A stretch of 64,000 nt of DNA from Parcubacteria group bacterium (lineage in GTDB: Bacteria; Patescibacteriota; Minisyncoccia; SW-4-49-11): assembly GCA_943354045.1 (NCBI GenBank), contig CALRBF010000001.1, forward strand, positions 68,046 through 132,045. Direction: 5' to 3'. The notes under the pieces were generated by a model that ran no database searches, was not told the origin of the DNA, and saw nothing but the letters and a program-made list of their open reading frames with translations. Position numbers and translations under genes: made by a program. Shown piece after piece: positions 9,136-18,575 of the stretch. The number at the start of each line of letters is the position of its first letter. Within the stretch, counting starts at the first letter, position 1.

Positions 9136-11175
9136 ATGAAAATTAAAACAAAACATATACAATATATAGCTCCTATATGTATTATAACTATCTTATTTTT
9201 CCCCTCTATTACTCATGCACAGAATGTTGTAGACCTTTTTACAGACCCATTGGGGTTTTTTGGAGATGCATTAGGAGCTATTCTAAGTGGAGTTGTAAAA
9301 CCTCTGTTAGATAGCGTAATGTCTTTTCAGAACTTCTTTCCAGCAGGAGTAAACGCAGGTTGGACAGCTACCAGAGATTTTGCCAATTTATTCTTTGCGC
9401 TTATATTACTCTTTATTGCAATAGCAACCGTACTCAATACCGGAGGCTTAGATAATTATACTGCCAAGAGAATGTTACCAAAATTCATATTTGCGGCTTT
9501 ATTTATTAATTTTAGTAAGGCTATTGTGGGATTCCTCATTGATATTAGCCAAATTATTATGATATCCCTATATAATACTTTTGGCACCAATTTAGCAAAA
9601 GATATATTAGATGCATCAGATTATGCACAAACAGCCTCCGAAAGTGGTTTAGATAGCAATATTATTAAATTATTTACTATAATACTTTTAGTTGTCCTAA
9701 TATTTGTATTATTATGGACATCAGCTATTTTTGCTATACGCATAGTAACTCTTTGGTTTGTTATTATGTTGTCTCCCCTAGCCTTTGTATCTGGGCTCAT
9801 TCCCCCATTGAGTTCTCTATCAAAAAGTTGGCAAAATATGTTACAGCAAGCTCTTGTAACAGGTCCAGTATTAATGTTCCTCTTATACTTAGCTGTTACG
9901 GTAATGAATTCAGGCATAGGTCCTGATATTGGAGGGAATCTTTTAGAGAATGGAAACATAATAAAATTTGTATTGGTAATTGGACTATTATTCCTCGCTA
10001 ATATAGAAGCAATGAAAGCAGGACAATCCGCTCCCCCAATGATCAAAAATGCCGTTGGTGTAGCAGGAACTGTAGCTACTTTTGGACTAGGAGCTTATGT
10101 CGGAGCTGGAGGAGTTGGTACTGGAAAAATGTTTGGTAAGGGAGGAGAATTAGTGCAAGGTGGAGTTAAAAATACTGATAAGTTAGCTGGAGGTGCTACG
10201 AGAGGTGTACAGGTTTTGAGTGGAGGGAAATTTAACCCTAATGATAGATATGAGATGTGGAAAGAACAAAATAAGACGAATGTTGAGAAAGGAAAAGCAT
10301 TTGGTGGTGGCTATTTTGGAGCGTTAGCACAACAAACCCTTGGAGGTCAAGCTGGTCAAAAAGCAAATTATCAAAAAACTCAATTAAGGTTAGCTGAAGA
10401 AGCAAGAAAAGCAAATAAATTAGATGATAATCCTATATTAGCCAGGGCTTTAGCAAGTGCTGAATCAGAAATAATAGAAAAGAATAAGTTTGAAGAACGT
10501 CCAGATAAAATAATTGCAGATATTAAAGACGCTATTAAAAAAGCTGATTTAGTTACTGCTAGAGCACTTACAACTCATCTTAATTCTCTAGGGAAAATAA
10601 ATGAATTATTTAACGGAAATGGTCCTTTTAAGGATATTGCTGAAGATTATGCTACAGAGGCTGATCAATTTGCTGCATTTAATCAAAAACATCTTCAGGC
10701 AAATGATTCCCAATATGATAAATCTTTCTTACAAAGGAATAAAAATATTGCTAAAAACAAATCAGGTATGGAAGGGTTTGGAGTTAATGCCGCTACAACA
10801 ATTCCTAATATTAATAGTGTTGCAGGGCAACCAAATGTTCCCCAAAATTCTCCATTATTTCAAAAATACAAAAAAGGATCTTTATCAAGTAATGCAAAAA
10901 CTTTCTCTGATAATCTCTTTAGTACCCGTAAAATTGATCCGAATACCAATAAATTTGCTTTTGATGCAAGTGGTAATGCTACTTATGAATTTGACAGTCG
11001 GGCATTTGATGATTTTGTATCAAATAGGAGTATGAATGAATTAGAAAACCCTGATACCTGGAAATCTATGAATCAATCTTTAAAAACAACTATTATTGAT
11101 GGATTAAGACAATCTGGATTACAAAAAAATGACCCAGGGAATGCTGCTGCTGCTTGGAGGGGAATAGAACCTTAA
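9136..11175 (+). CDS. TrbL/VirB6-like polytopic membrane protein, a putative type IV secretion channel component
   Basis: There is a signal-like N-terminus (start chosen at the ATG at 9136, just after the upstream stop). About 6 transmembrane helices span roughly aa 90-300. The long C-terminal tail is Gly-rich (GLGAYVGAGGVGTGKMFGKGGELVQGG...), an architecture typical of the TrbL/VirB6 family. The family assignment is inference. Confidence 0.4.
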   Translation: MKIKTKHIQYIAPICIITILFFPSITHAQNVVDLFTDPLGFFGDALGAILSGVVKPLLDSVMSFQNFFPAGVNAGWTATRDFANLFFALILLFIAIATVLNTGGLDNYTAKRMLPKFIFAALFINFSKAIVGFLIDISQIIMISLYNTFGTNLAKDILDASDYAQTASESGLDSNIIKLFTIILLVVLIFVLLWTSAIFAIRIVTLWFVIMLSPLAFVSGLIPPLSSLSKSWQNMLQQALVTGPVLMFLLYLAVTVMNSGIGPDIGGNLLENGNIIKFVLVIGLLFLANIEAMKAGQSAPPMIKNAVGVAGTVATFGLGAYVGAGGVGTGKMFGKGGELVQGGVKNTDKLAGGATRGVQVLSGGKFNPNDRYEMWKEQNKTNVEKGKAFGGGYFGALAQQTLGGQAGQKANYQKTQLRLAEEARKANKLDDNPILARALASAESEIIEKNKFEERPDKIIADIKDAIKKADLVTARALTTHLNSLGKINELFNGNGPFKDIAEDYATEADQFAAFNQKHLQANDSQYDKSFLQRNKNIAKNKSGMEGFGVNAATTIPNINSVAGQPNVPQNSPLFQKYKKGSLSSNAKTFSDNLFSTRKIDPNTNKFAFDASGNATYEFDSRAFDDFVSNRSMNELENPDTWKSMNQSLKTTIIDGLRQSGLQKNDPGNAAAAWRGIEP

Positions 11176-11186
11176 GATAATTCACT

Positions 11187-12059
11187 ATGACACTCGCAGA
11201 TATCAAAAGTGAAGCTCAATCCCTTATCACCACAGATAATGTGCCGGGATCTCTTGAATTTGCGGAGAAATTAGAGAAATCTCTTAATGAGAATAATATC
11301 AAAGATTCGAATCCAGAGGCTTATCGAGAATTATCTAAGATTATATTCCAACTTTATGTTACTGCTATTCCCAATATATCAACCGAATTATTCCATAAAA
11401 TTATTTCCCTCAATATTATAGAGGCTTTGAATCCTCTATGGCCTTCTGAGCGTGATTTTGCCGCCCGAATTGAGAGTAGATATTCTATTTACCCTGTAGA
11501 ACTCATCAAAGAAGAAATGCGCAAGGATTTACTCCCTCTTATCAAACAAAATAATCAACTTATTGGCTCTGTAGTATTACGATTATCTCAAGAAAATCCT
11601 CAGGCCAAGCCAAGTATTAGTAATTGGATTGAGTATTATGATAGAACAACTGGTTTAGGGTCAGCTAACAGCTTTGAGCGTTCTCGTTTTATTAGTGGCG
11701 ACCCCATTGTACAAACCTTAAATCCTGAGGAAAAAGAGTCTCTGAGGAAAGTAGTTCAATTCTACGATTATCTTCAAACTGATGAGACAATCCTCTATCA
11801 GGATATTTATAATACTGCTCCTCAATCAACTCTCAATACAATAACTCCTAATATTGACCCTAAGCCAAAACAGACTACTCCCCTCCCCACACCTAAACCA
11901 ATTACTACGGTGAAAACTCCTGTCTCTACTCCCAATAATATTCCCCAAAATACAATTCCCCGAGCTCCAATACCTCGCCGTACTTCTGCTCCTGTAGTAT
12001 TGACAGCTAAGCCAACTCCTATTCCACAAAATCTTGTTAATCTCAAAAAACCAGAATAA
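11187..12059 (+). CDS. Hypothetical protein with a Pro/Thr-rich C-terminal tail
   Basis: 290-aa ORF whose C-terminus is PKPKQTTPLPTPKPITTVKTPVSTPNNIPQNTIPRAPIPRR. No catalytic motif is recognisable. Confidence 0.35.
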   Translation: MTLADIKSEAQSLITTDNVPGSLEFAEKLEKSLNENNIKDSNPEAYRELSKIIFQLYVTAIPNISTELFHKIISLNIIEALNPLWPSERDFAARIESRYSIYPVELIKEEMRKDLLPLIKQNNQLIGSVVLRLSQENPQAKPSISNWIEYYDRTTGLGSANSFERSRFISGDPIVQTLNPEEKESLRKVVQFYDYLQTDETILYQDIYNTAPQSTLNTITPNIDPKPKQTTPLPTPKPITTVKTPVSTPNNIPQNTIPRAPIPRRTSAPVVLTAKPTPIPQNLVNLKKPE

Positions 12060-12061
12060 CT

Positions 12062-12505
12062 ATGCAGCAATATAATATTCCACAATTTATTGACTCTGAA
12101 GATAAAATCATTGGTCCTCTGACCATAAGGCAATTTGCATTTTTGGCAATTGGTGTGGTAATTGGGGGATTTTTATGGTATTTTAAACCCAATTTGGGAG
12201 TTTTTGTGATTAGTATATTACCTGTTGCTATTGCAACTTTTGCTTTTGCTTTTATCAAGATAAATGGGCAGAATTTTGATATATTCCTGGTAAATGTTGT
12301 GGTTTATATCCTGAAGCCAACTTTATTCCTTTGGTCTCGAGATATAGATCCAACCCAATCAGTTATTAAAGTATCTATTGAAAAGCGTAAAGCTTCATTT
12401 AGGCGAGAGACTCATGATTATAATCAATCTCGTGTAGAAGAAGTAGCTTGGACTCTGGATAGTTATGGTGAGAAAACGGTAATTCCAGATATTGCGACAG
12501 AATAG
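12062..12505 (+). CDS. PrgI/VirB3-like small membrane protein (Gram-positive conjugation-type type IV secretion component)
   Basis: The N-terminus MQQYNIPQFIDSEDKIIGPLTIRQFAFLAIGVVIGGFLWYF matches the PrgI-family pattern, followed by two transmembrane helices. The assignment is inference from memory of the family. Confidence 0.4.
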   Translation: MQQYNIPQFIDSEDKIIGPLTIRQFAFLAIGVVIGGFLWYFKPNLGVFVISILPVAIATFAFAFIKINGQNFDIFLVNVVVYILKPTLFLWSRDIDPTQSVIKVSIEKRKASFRRETHDYNQSRVEEVAWTLDSYGEKTVIPDIATE

Positions 12506-12757
12506 CTATTTTGTATTATTGGTATCTTTTACAGTTTCCGTATTAGCTTTATTATTTTCTTCTACACTATTTTTTATTTCCTCAGCTTGATTTTTTGTCT
12601 CATTCGCACTTGGTATTTCTGGTACTTTTATATCGGGTTTTGTAAAAGACAAGCCTGAAAAATTAAGAATCATAGACCAAATAAATACTCCTACTATCAT
12701 AATACTCCCTATTACAAATAGTATTATCAATTGTTTTTTCTTTTTATCGCTGTCCAT
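12506..12757 (-). CDS. Small membrane protein with a charged C-terminal tail
   Basis: 83-aa ORF with one transmembrane helix (LIILFVIGSIMIVGVFIWSMIL) and a Lys/Glu/Asn-rich tail. Confidence 0.3.
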   Translation of the reverse strand: MDSDKKKKQLIILFVIGSIMIVGVFIWSMILNFSGLSFTKPDIKVPEIPSANETKNQAEEIKNSVEENNKANTETVKDTNNTK

Positions 12758-12768
12758 TAATCCCCCTC

Positions 12769-13968
12769 TTAATCTTTGTTTATAAGCTTACTATGTCTTG
12801 ACATTACCAGAATCATAAGTCCTGCCAAACCTAATACTGCTAATCCCATATATCTATCATTACGCAGAAATCCAAATTTAGATGCACTTTGTATATTTGC
12901 ATCAAGTGGTATCCTATCTTTATTAATAGTAAAAGATTTAGTCGCATTGGCATCTCCATTAATATCCTTTACCACTATATCTATTTTATAGGCTTGATTA
13001 GGATCAATATCGAGAGATAAAGAATTACCACTGCCATCCTGTACTTCATCATTAACTCTATAGGTATAAGATAATTTTGCATTTTGCCCAATATTATCCA
13101 CATCACTTGATATCAACAGCTGTATTGCCTCATCAATTTTTAAATCATCAGCATAATCAATAGGGGTATTATTCTTATTATTGACGAGTGAAACCCGAAT
13201 TGCAGGCTGTTTAATCGCAATAGTATTTATTCCATAATACCTGGTATATCCTGTTATTCTATCTCTTGCAATAGCTTGTATGAGATAACTTTTATCATAT
13301 CCTTTATTCTCCGTAAAGGTAATTTTATTATTATTTTGCTCTACTGTCTCCCCATCAATTTTCCACTCAATTGCATATTGTGATATGGGTAACTCTGTCG
13401 CAACAGAAATGGTATCCCCTTTTGCAGGATTAAGTGGTCTATAATCGAGGGAGATTTTATCAAAAATATCCAAACTAATACTCCCCGTCTTAATTATTCC
13501 TTGAGAATTGACAGTAATTTCTATTTGATAAGTACCTGATTCTGTAAATGTATAAAAGAATCCCGTTTTATCAATTCCATTTGCTTCAAATACAATCTTT
13601 TCTCCCCTCTTTATTCTCCAATTATATTGAGCTCCATCAAATACAAACCCTTTATCTATATGATAATTAATAGTTGCAAAATTAATTTGTTGTTTGGTAA
13701 AAAGATATTTATTTTTTACTACAAGTTTAATCTCCCCTGTTGATGATTTCTCGGTATAATAACTATCTGCAAAACTTTGCTTAATATAATTGTCAATCAG
13801 GGTATTGGCCTCATCCTGAGTTTTGGGATCATTATTGGAAAGAGTTGATTGGGGAATAATCGTTGAATCAGTATTGGTAGTACTAGTATCCTGTGCCAAT
13901 ACTACTGATGAGCTCAATACTATTGAACCTATCAGCAATGCTACTATTATATATTGTGTATATTTCAT
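12769..13968 (-). CDS. Secreted, C-terminally membrane-anchored protein with Ig/PKD-like beta-rich repeats
   Basis: Signal peptide IIVALLIGSIVLSSSVVLA. The body is a Thr/Asn-rich beta-type region with repeated internal motifs, and the C-terminus has a transmembrane segment (YMGLAVLGLAGLMILVMS). Confidence 0.4.
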   Translation of the reverse strand: MKYTQYIIVALLIGSIVLSSSVVLAQDTSTTNTDSTIIPQSTLSNNDPKTQDEANTLIDNYIKQSFADSYYTEKSSTGEIKLVVKNKYLFTKQQINFATINYHIDKGFVFDGAQYNWRIKRGEKIVFEANGIDKTGFFYTFTESGTYQIEITVNSQGIIKTGSISLDIFDKISLDYRPLNPAKGDTISVATELPISQYAIEWKIDGETVEQNNNKITFTENKGYDKSYLIQAIARDRITGYTRYYGINTIAIKQPAIRVSLVNNKNNTPIDYADDLKIDEAIQLLISSDVDNIGQNAKLSYTYRVNDEVQDGSGNSLSLDIDPNQAYKIDIVVKDINGDANATKSFTINKDRIPLDANIQSASKFGFLRNDRYMGLAVLGLAGLMILVMSRHSKLINKD

Positions 13969-14022
13969 TGATATTAATTAAATTTGTATTTAGTATATCA
14001 TATTATTCTTGATATTGGGAAT

Positions 14023-14667
14023 TTATCTTTTTGCTGCCACTGGCTGAGGTTTTACACTACGATTAAATCCCCGAATATTATTCACGGCTCCTGATACACT
14101 GAGCGATTGTCTCCATTTATTAATAGAATCTTCAAATTTCTCATTATCTTCTTTGATTTGTTTTGCTCGGGATCGATGAGCTTTTATATGAAGCCAAGCT
14201 CCAATAGTCCAAGTTGGAGAAAAATCTCCAATAAATGGAATGGCCTCTACAACACCTTTAATTATACTACTCACTATTCTTTTCCAACCAAATGCCATAA
14301 TATATTCCCCTGTCTTATCAAGTATATACTTACTCGCCTCTTGAGTTCTACGAGCCAAAGCCTGTTGAACTTTACTTTGTGCAGGACTGGTATTACGGGA
14401 ATTACGAGATAAGCGCATTAATTGTCTAATGGTATTGACTTGATACAATTTTAGATTAGCATGATATATCGTAAGATAACTATAATATATAGCACAAAAT
14501 GCAAAATCAGTCATAATAGCTACAATATCTACCACAAAAGATCCAACAATAGAAACAACTTGAATAACTGGTACGAAATTAATAATAAATAATATGAATC
14601 CTAAAAAATCCCACATTATGGCAAATCCGAGATTGATATATAACCACATTCCACTTAATGGTTTCAT
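14023..14667 (-). CDS. Hypothetical membrane protein
   Basis: 214-aa ORF with 3 N-terminal transmembrane helices and a basic C-terminal region. Confidence 0.35.
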   Translation of the reverse strand: MKPLSGMWLYINLGFAIMWDFLGFILFIINFVPVIQVVSIVGSFVVDIVAIMTDFAFCAIYYSYLTIYHANLKLYQVNTIRQLMRLSRNSRNTSPAQSKVQQALARRTQEASKYILDKTGEYIMAFGWKRIVSSIIKGVVEAIPFIGDFSPTWTIGAWLHIKAHRSRAKQIKEDNEKFEDSINKWRQSLSVSGAVNNIRGFNRSVKPQPVAAKR

Positions 14668-14761
14668 TTTTTAATTTCTTATATAATATAAGTATATCAT
14701 ATTTATTGGCATATTGTGATAGATTTTGCTATAATATTAGTATATACATAATATCGATATA

Positions 14762-15973
14762 ATGAGTACTATATTAGAATTAATTAAAAAAGAAACTCTA
14801 CGACAAGCTCAGTCTATACGATTAATAGCCTCCGAGAATTATGTCTCTCAGGATATATTGATAGCTCTTGGATCTAGTCTCACCAATAAATATAGTGAAG
14901 GTTATCCCTATCACAGATATTATGAAGGGCAAGAATATATAGATGAAATTGAAACTTTAGCAATTGAATCCGCTAAAAAATTATTTGGAGCTGAGTTTGC
15001 TAATGTGCAGGCTTATTCTGGAAGTCCCGCTAATTTGGCAGTATATTTTGCTTTACTTGAGCCACATGATACTATTTTGGGGCTTTCACTCCCAGCAGGA
15101 GGACATCTTACTCATGGGCATAAGGTTAGTATATCAGGAAAATGGCTGAACTCTATTAGTTATGGTCTCACCCCTGAGGGGCATATTAATTATGAAGAAA
15201 TAGAACAACTGGCTCAGGCACATAAACCTAAACTTATTATTTCAGGACATTCCGCCTATACAAGGCAAGTTGATTTTAAGCGTATTGGAGATATTGCAAA
15301 ATCTATAGGAGCTTATCATTTAGCCGATATTTCTCATATATCCGGACTTGTTGCAACAGGAGTACATCCACATCCATTCCCAGATGCTGATATTATTACA
15401 ACCACCACTCATAAAGTATTAAGAGGCCCCAGAGGAGCTCTTATACTCACCAATAATCCAGAACTTGCGACAAAAATTGACAAAGCCGTATTCCCAGGAT
15501 TACAAGGTGGCCCTCATAATAATAATATAGCGGGTATTGCTATTGCTCTAGAAGAAGCGTTAGCGCCAGAATATACTCAATATTGTGAGCAAGTTATCGC
15601 TAATGCTAAAGCTCTCGGAGAAGCCCTCAAGTCAAAAGGATTTACGCTCGTGTCTGGAGGAACTGAAAATCATCTTTTATTAGTTGATCTTAGAAATAAA
15701 AATATTGATGGAGATACTTTATCTAAAGCCCTCAACTCAGTACATATAGAGACAAATAAGAATAGTATACCTTTTGATACCGCCTCTCCCTTTAAACCAA
15801 ATGGAATTCGTCTCGGAACTCCTGCCATCACCACACTCGGATTAAAAGAAGCAGATATGGAGACAATTGCCGACTTTATCAATCAAGTAGTTGAGTCTAT
15901 TGACAATACCGATACTTTAGCACATATTAAAGAACAAGTTATTGCATTTATCACTCAATTCAAACAATATTAA
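14762..15973 (+). CDS. glyA: Serine hydroxymethyltransferase
   Basis: Hallmark SHMT motifs are present: SGSPANLAVYFALLEPHDTILGLSLPAGGHLTHG and the PLP-lysine region TTTTHKVLRGPRGALIL. Confidence 0.95.
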   Translation: MSTILELIKKETLRQAQSIRLIASENYVSQDILIALGSSLTNKYSEGYPYHRYYEGQEYIDEIETLAIESAKKLFGAEFANVQAYSGSPANLAVYFALLEPHDTILGLSLPAGGHLTHGHKVSISGKWLNSISYGLTPEGHINYEEIEQLAQAHKPKLIISGHSAYTRQVDFKRIGDIAKSIGAYHLADISHISGLVATGVHPHPFPDADIITTTTHKVLRGPRGALILTNNPELATKIDKAVFPGLQGGPHNNNIAGIAIALEEALAPEYTQYCEQVIANAKALGEALKSKGFTLVSGGTENHLLLVDLRNKNIDGDTLSKALNSVHIETNKNSIPFDTASPFKPNGIRLGTPAITTLGLKEADMETIADFINQVVESIDNTDTLAHIKEQVIAFITQFKQY

Positions 15974-15976
15974 TCA

Positions 15977-16822
15977 ATGATTTCCCTTATAGCACAACCC
16001 ATTATTGATACTATTATCCCCAAAATACCCGAAGGATTACATTTGGCAGTGATTTTGGTTGGGGATGATATTGCCTCCCAGATTTATGTAGACAAAAAAT
16101 CCAAAGCTCTCGAAGAAGTAGGGGGGAAATTACATTTATTCAAATATGAAAAGAATATATCCCAAGAAGAATTAATAGCTGAAATACACAACCTTAATCG
16201 AGACAATAGTATTGATGGAATTATTATACAATTACCTCTCCCCCCATTTATTGAGGAACAGGTCGTATTAAATAGCATACATCCCACTAAAGATGCCGAT
16301 GGCCTCACTGATTTTTGGCTAGGTAAATTATTCCAAAGTCGTATTAGTGCAACTCTGTCCCCTATTATTCCTGCCACTCCTCGTGGAATTATTCTTTTAT
16401 TTGAGCATTATGATATTTCGTTAATTGGCAAAACCGTATTGATACTCAATGACAGTGTATTGGTAGGGAAACCTCTCGCAGCTTTACTCCCAGCCTATGG
16501 AGCTACCCCCATATTAGCTCATCGCGAAACCCATAATCTTGAGGATTTAATACAATTATCAGATATTATTGTATCAGCAACGGGAAACCCAGATATACTC
16601 AAAAATATACCCTTTAGAGAAAATCAAATACTAATTGATGTTGGTATAGCAAGAGACGAGAACAATCATATCAGGGGAGATATATATCATAAAGATTTTG
16701 TATTTGAAGGAGCAATAACTCCCGTACCAGGAGGAATAGGCCCTCTCACTGTTTGGGCACTTATACACAATTTAGCTATTTTGAAAAACTTAAAAGAGCA
16801 GCATATTCAAAACACTTTATAA
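15977..16822 (+). CDS. folD: Bifunctional methylenetetrahydrofolate dehydrogenase/cyclohydrolase
   Basis: FolD motifs IIQLPLP, GKTVLILNDSVLVGKPLAALL and PVPGGIGPLTVWALIHN are present. It sits immediately downstream of glyA in a one-carbon metabolism pair. Confidence 0.9.
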   Translation: MISLIAQPIIDTIIPKIPEGLHLAVILVGDDIASQIYVDKKSKALEEVGGKLHLFKYEKNISQEELIAEIHNLNRDNSIDGIIIQLPLPPFIEEQVVLNSIHPTKDADGLTDFWLGKLFQSRISATLSPIIPATPRGIILLFEHYDISLIGKTVLILNDSVLVGKPLAALLPAYGATPILAHRETHNLEDLIQLSDIIVSATGNPDILKNIPFRENQILIDVGIARDENNHIRGDIYHKDFVFEGAITPVPGGIGPLTVWALIHNLAILKNLKEQHIQNTL

Positions 16823-16826
16823 CACA

Positions 16827-16850
16827 AAAGCCCCTTATGGGGCTTTATTT
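16827..16850 (+). terminator. Rho-independent terminator of the glyA-folD unit
   Basis: AAAGCCCC-TTAT-GGGGCTTT hairpin followed by ATTT, located directly after the folD stop. Confidence 0.6.
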
Positions 16851-16926
16851 GGTGCGCATGCCATGACTTGAACATGGGACCTCTACATTATCAGTGTAGC
16901 GCTCTAACCAGCTGAGCTACACGCGC
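16850..16926 (-). tRNA. tRNA-Ile with anticodon GAU
   Basis: The minus-strand read is GCGCGTGTAGCTCAGCTGGTTAGAGCGCTACACTGATAATGTAGAGGTCCCATGTTCAAGTCATGGCATGCGCACCA. The anticodon stem is CTACA/TGTAG with loop CTGATAA (anticodon GAT). CCA is encoded. Confidence 0.85.
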
Positions 16927-16971
16927 ATTTAAATATAATTATATCATAAACCCAACCTTTTTGCAAGATAT

Positions 16972-18573
16972 CTATAACATACTGTCACTAATAGGAATTC
17001 CTGTTGGCACACTATCAAGTCCCTCCGGAGATACAACAATAATATTATTCCATTTATACCCTAATCCTTCAAATACCCCTGGAGAGGTCACATAGCGTTT
17101 TTTTCCATCAGACATGATATACACTTCCCCTCTGTTTGAAGCTCTCAAAATCACTCCATCACGAAAATATACCGCAGGTCCCTGCTGATAAGAATTCCAT
17201 TCAGACCCCGATACATATACTAAATCCTTATAATTATATTGGGTATCGAATACTTCTGGACTTGGTATTGGTCGCCTTTTACCCGCTTCCAAAACCTCTA
17301 TCCCAGTTGGATTATCGCGATTAACCAATAATGTCCCATCTGGATAAGGGCGAGACTGCATAATAGGTCCAATTGGATGAGATATTGCAAGAGTCCCATC
17401 AGCAATAATAGTAATATTACTCCATTTATAGCCTAAAGCCTCAAAAGTAACTGGGGATGGAATATGTCTTCTTTGCTGATTACTAATCACATATACATCT
17501 GGATTATTTCTCTCCCTTACTAGCATCCCCTCTCGAAAAGTCAAAGCCGAGGCCAAAGGATAAGAATCCCACTCGGCACGTGTGACATCTAATACATCTT
17601 TCCATTTAAAACGAGAATTAAAAACATCAGGATTTACGAGAGGCCTAATACTCCCATTCTCGAGATATCCAACTCCCGTATCTGTTCTTAACAATGAACC
17701 ATTGGGAAAAGTTCGAATATTACTATTATCAGGAAATAAGGCTAATTCAGTTGCATTAATACTAATCACATTTTTCCCTCCAATATTACCCGTAGGAGTT
17801 TTTATCCCATTTTGAATAGTATAAACACGACCATTATCATCTCGATACAGCGAATTATCATAATATTGCTTCCATTCTTGAGCTCGATTCCGAAGCCAGC
17901 TCATATCAACCATATTAGTGTCTCCATTACCAGCTTCTACAGCTCCATGATCAGTAAGCCGAAAGCCGGTATAATTAGAACTATATGCCTTAGTATAAAA
18001 ATTCCAAATAGGTTCAGTCACATAATCAGTTGGGGCAATACTATTAGTTGAACTAAGCCATCCAGATAATTTGGCTAAAGATTGTTTCATAGCTTCCGGT
18101 ACTATTGCATAGCCACTTCCATAGCGACCAATCAGAGAAACTCCAATACTTTGATAATTAAAATTATCTCCCGTACTATTCACATAAAGATGAGCTCCTC
18201 TCACCCCATTTTGTCCCATTCTCCCCTGATAAATACTGCCATCGCGAGCAATGAGATAATTATACCCTATATCCCCCCAACCATTATTACGGGCATGTGT
18301 AGTGAATATTGAACGAATTATTTGTCTAGAATCAAGAGAATCACTATTAAAATCAGCTAAAGCTGTATCGTGTAATAGTATTCTCTTTATCTGAAAAGTA
18401 TTATTAGAATTTGGTGCCCAATTATTGAGGGTATAGGTATTATCATCCGCTGTTGCCCAAGTATTACGAGATTGTATATTGGGAGTACTCGCAAAAGTGG
18501 ATATTGGGAATATAAATACAATCAACATTATCATTGACAATAATATTGATCGCAAATATAATAGCCCCCTCAT
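16972..18573 (-). CDS. Secreted N-acetylmuramoyl-L-alanine amidase (Amidase_2/PGRP domain) with four C-terminal repeats of about 60 aa
   Basis: Signal peptide at the N-terminus. The amidase_2-like core is NNGWGDIGYNYLIARDGSIYQGRMG...GAHLYVNSTGDNFNYQSIGVSLIGRY. The C-terminus has four repeats of the pattern DG.LL......YVI..G.RR.IPSP.VF...GY.W..V..VS. Confidence 0.7.
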   Translation of the reverse strand: MRGLLYLRSILLSMIMLIVFIFPISTFASTPNIQSRNTWATADDNTYTLNNWAPNSNNTFQIKRILLHDTALADFNSDSLDSRQIIRSIFTTHARNNGWGDIGYNYLIARDGSIYQGRMGQNGVRGAHLYVNSTGDNFNYQSIGVSLIGRYGSGYAIVPEAMKQSLAKLSGWLSSTNSIAPTDYVTEPIWNFYTKAYSSNYTGFRLTDHGAVEAGNGDTNMVDMSWLRNRAQEWKQYYDNSLYRDDNGRVYTIQNGIKTPTGNIGGKNVISINATELALFPDNSNIRTFPNGSLLRTDTGVGYLENGSIRPLVNPDVFNSRFKWKDVLDVTRAEWDSYPLASALTFREGMLVRERNNPDVYVISNQQRRHIPSPVTFEALGYKWSNITIIADGTLAISHPIGPIMQSRPYPDGTLLVNRDNPTGIEVLEAGKRRPIPSPEVFDTQYNYKDLVYVSGSEWNSYQQGPAVYFRDGVILRASNRGEVYIMSDGKKRYVTSPGVFEGLGYKWNNIIVVSPEGLDSVPTGIPISDSML

Positions 18574-18575
18574 AA

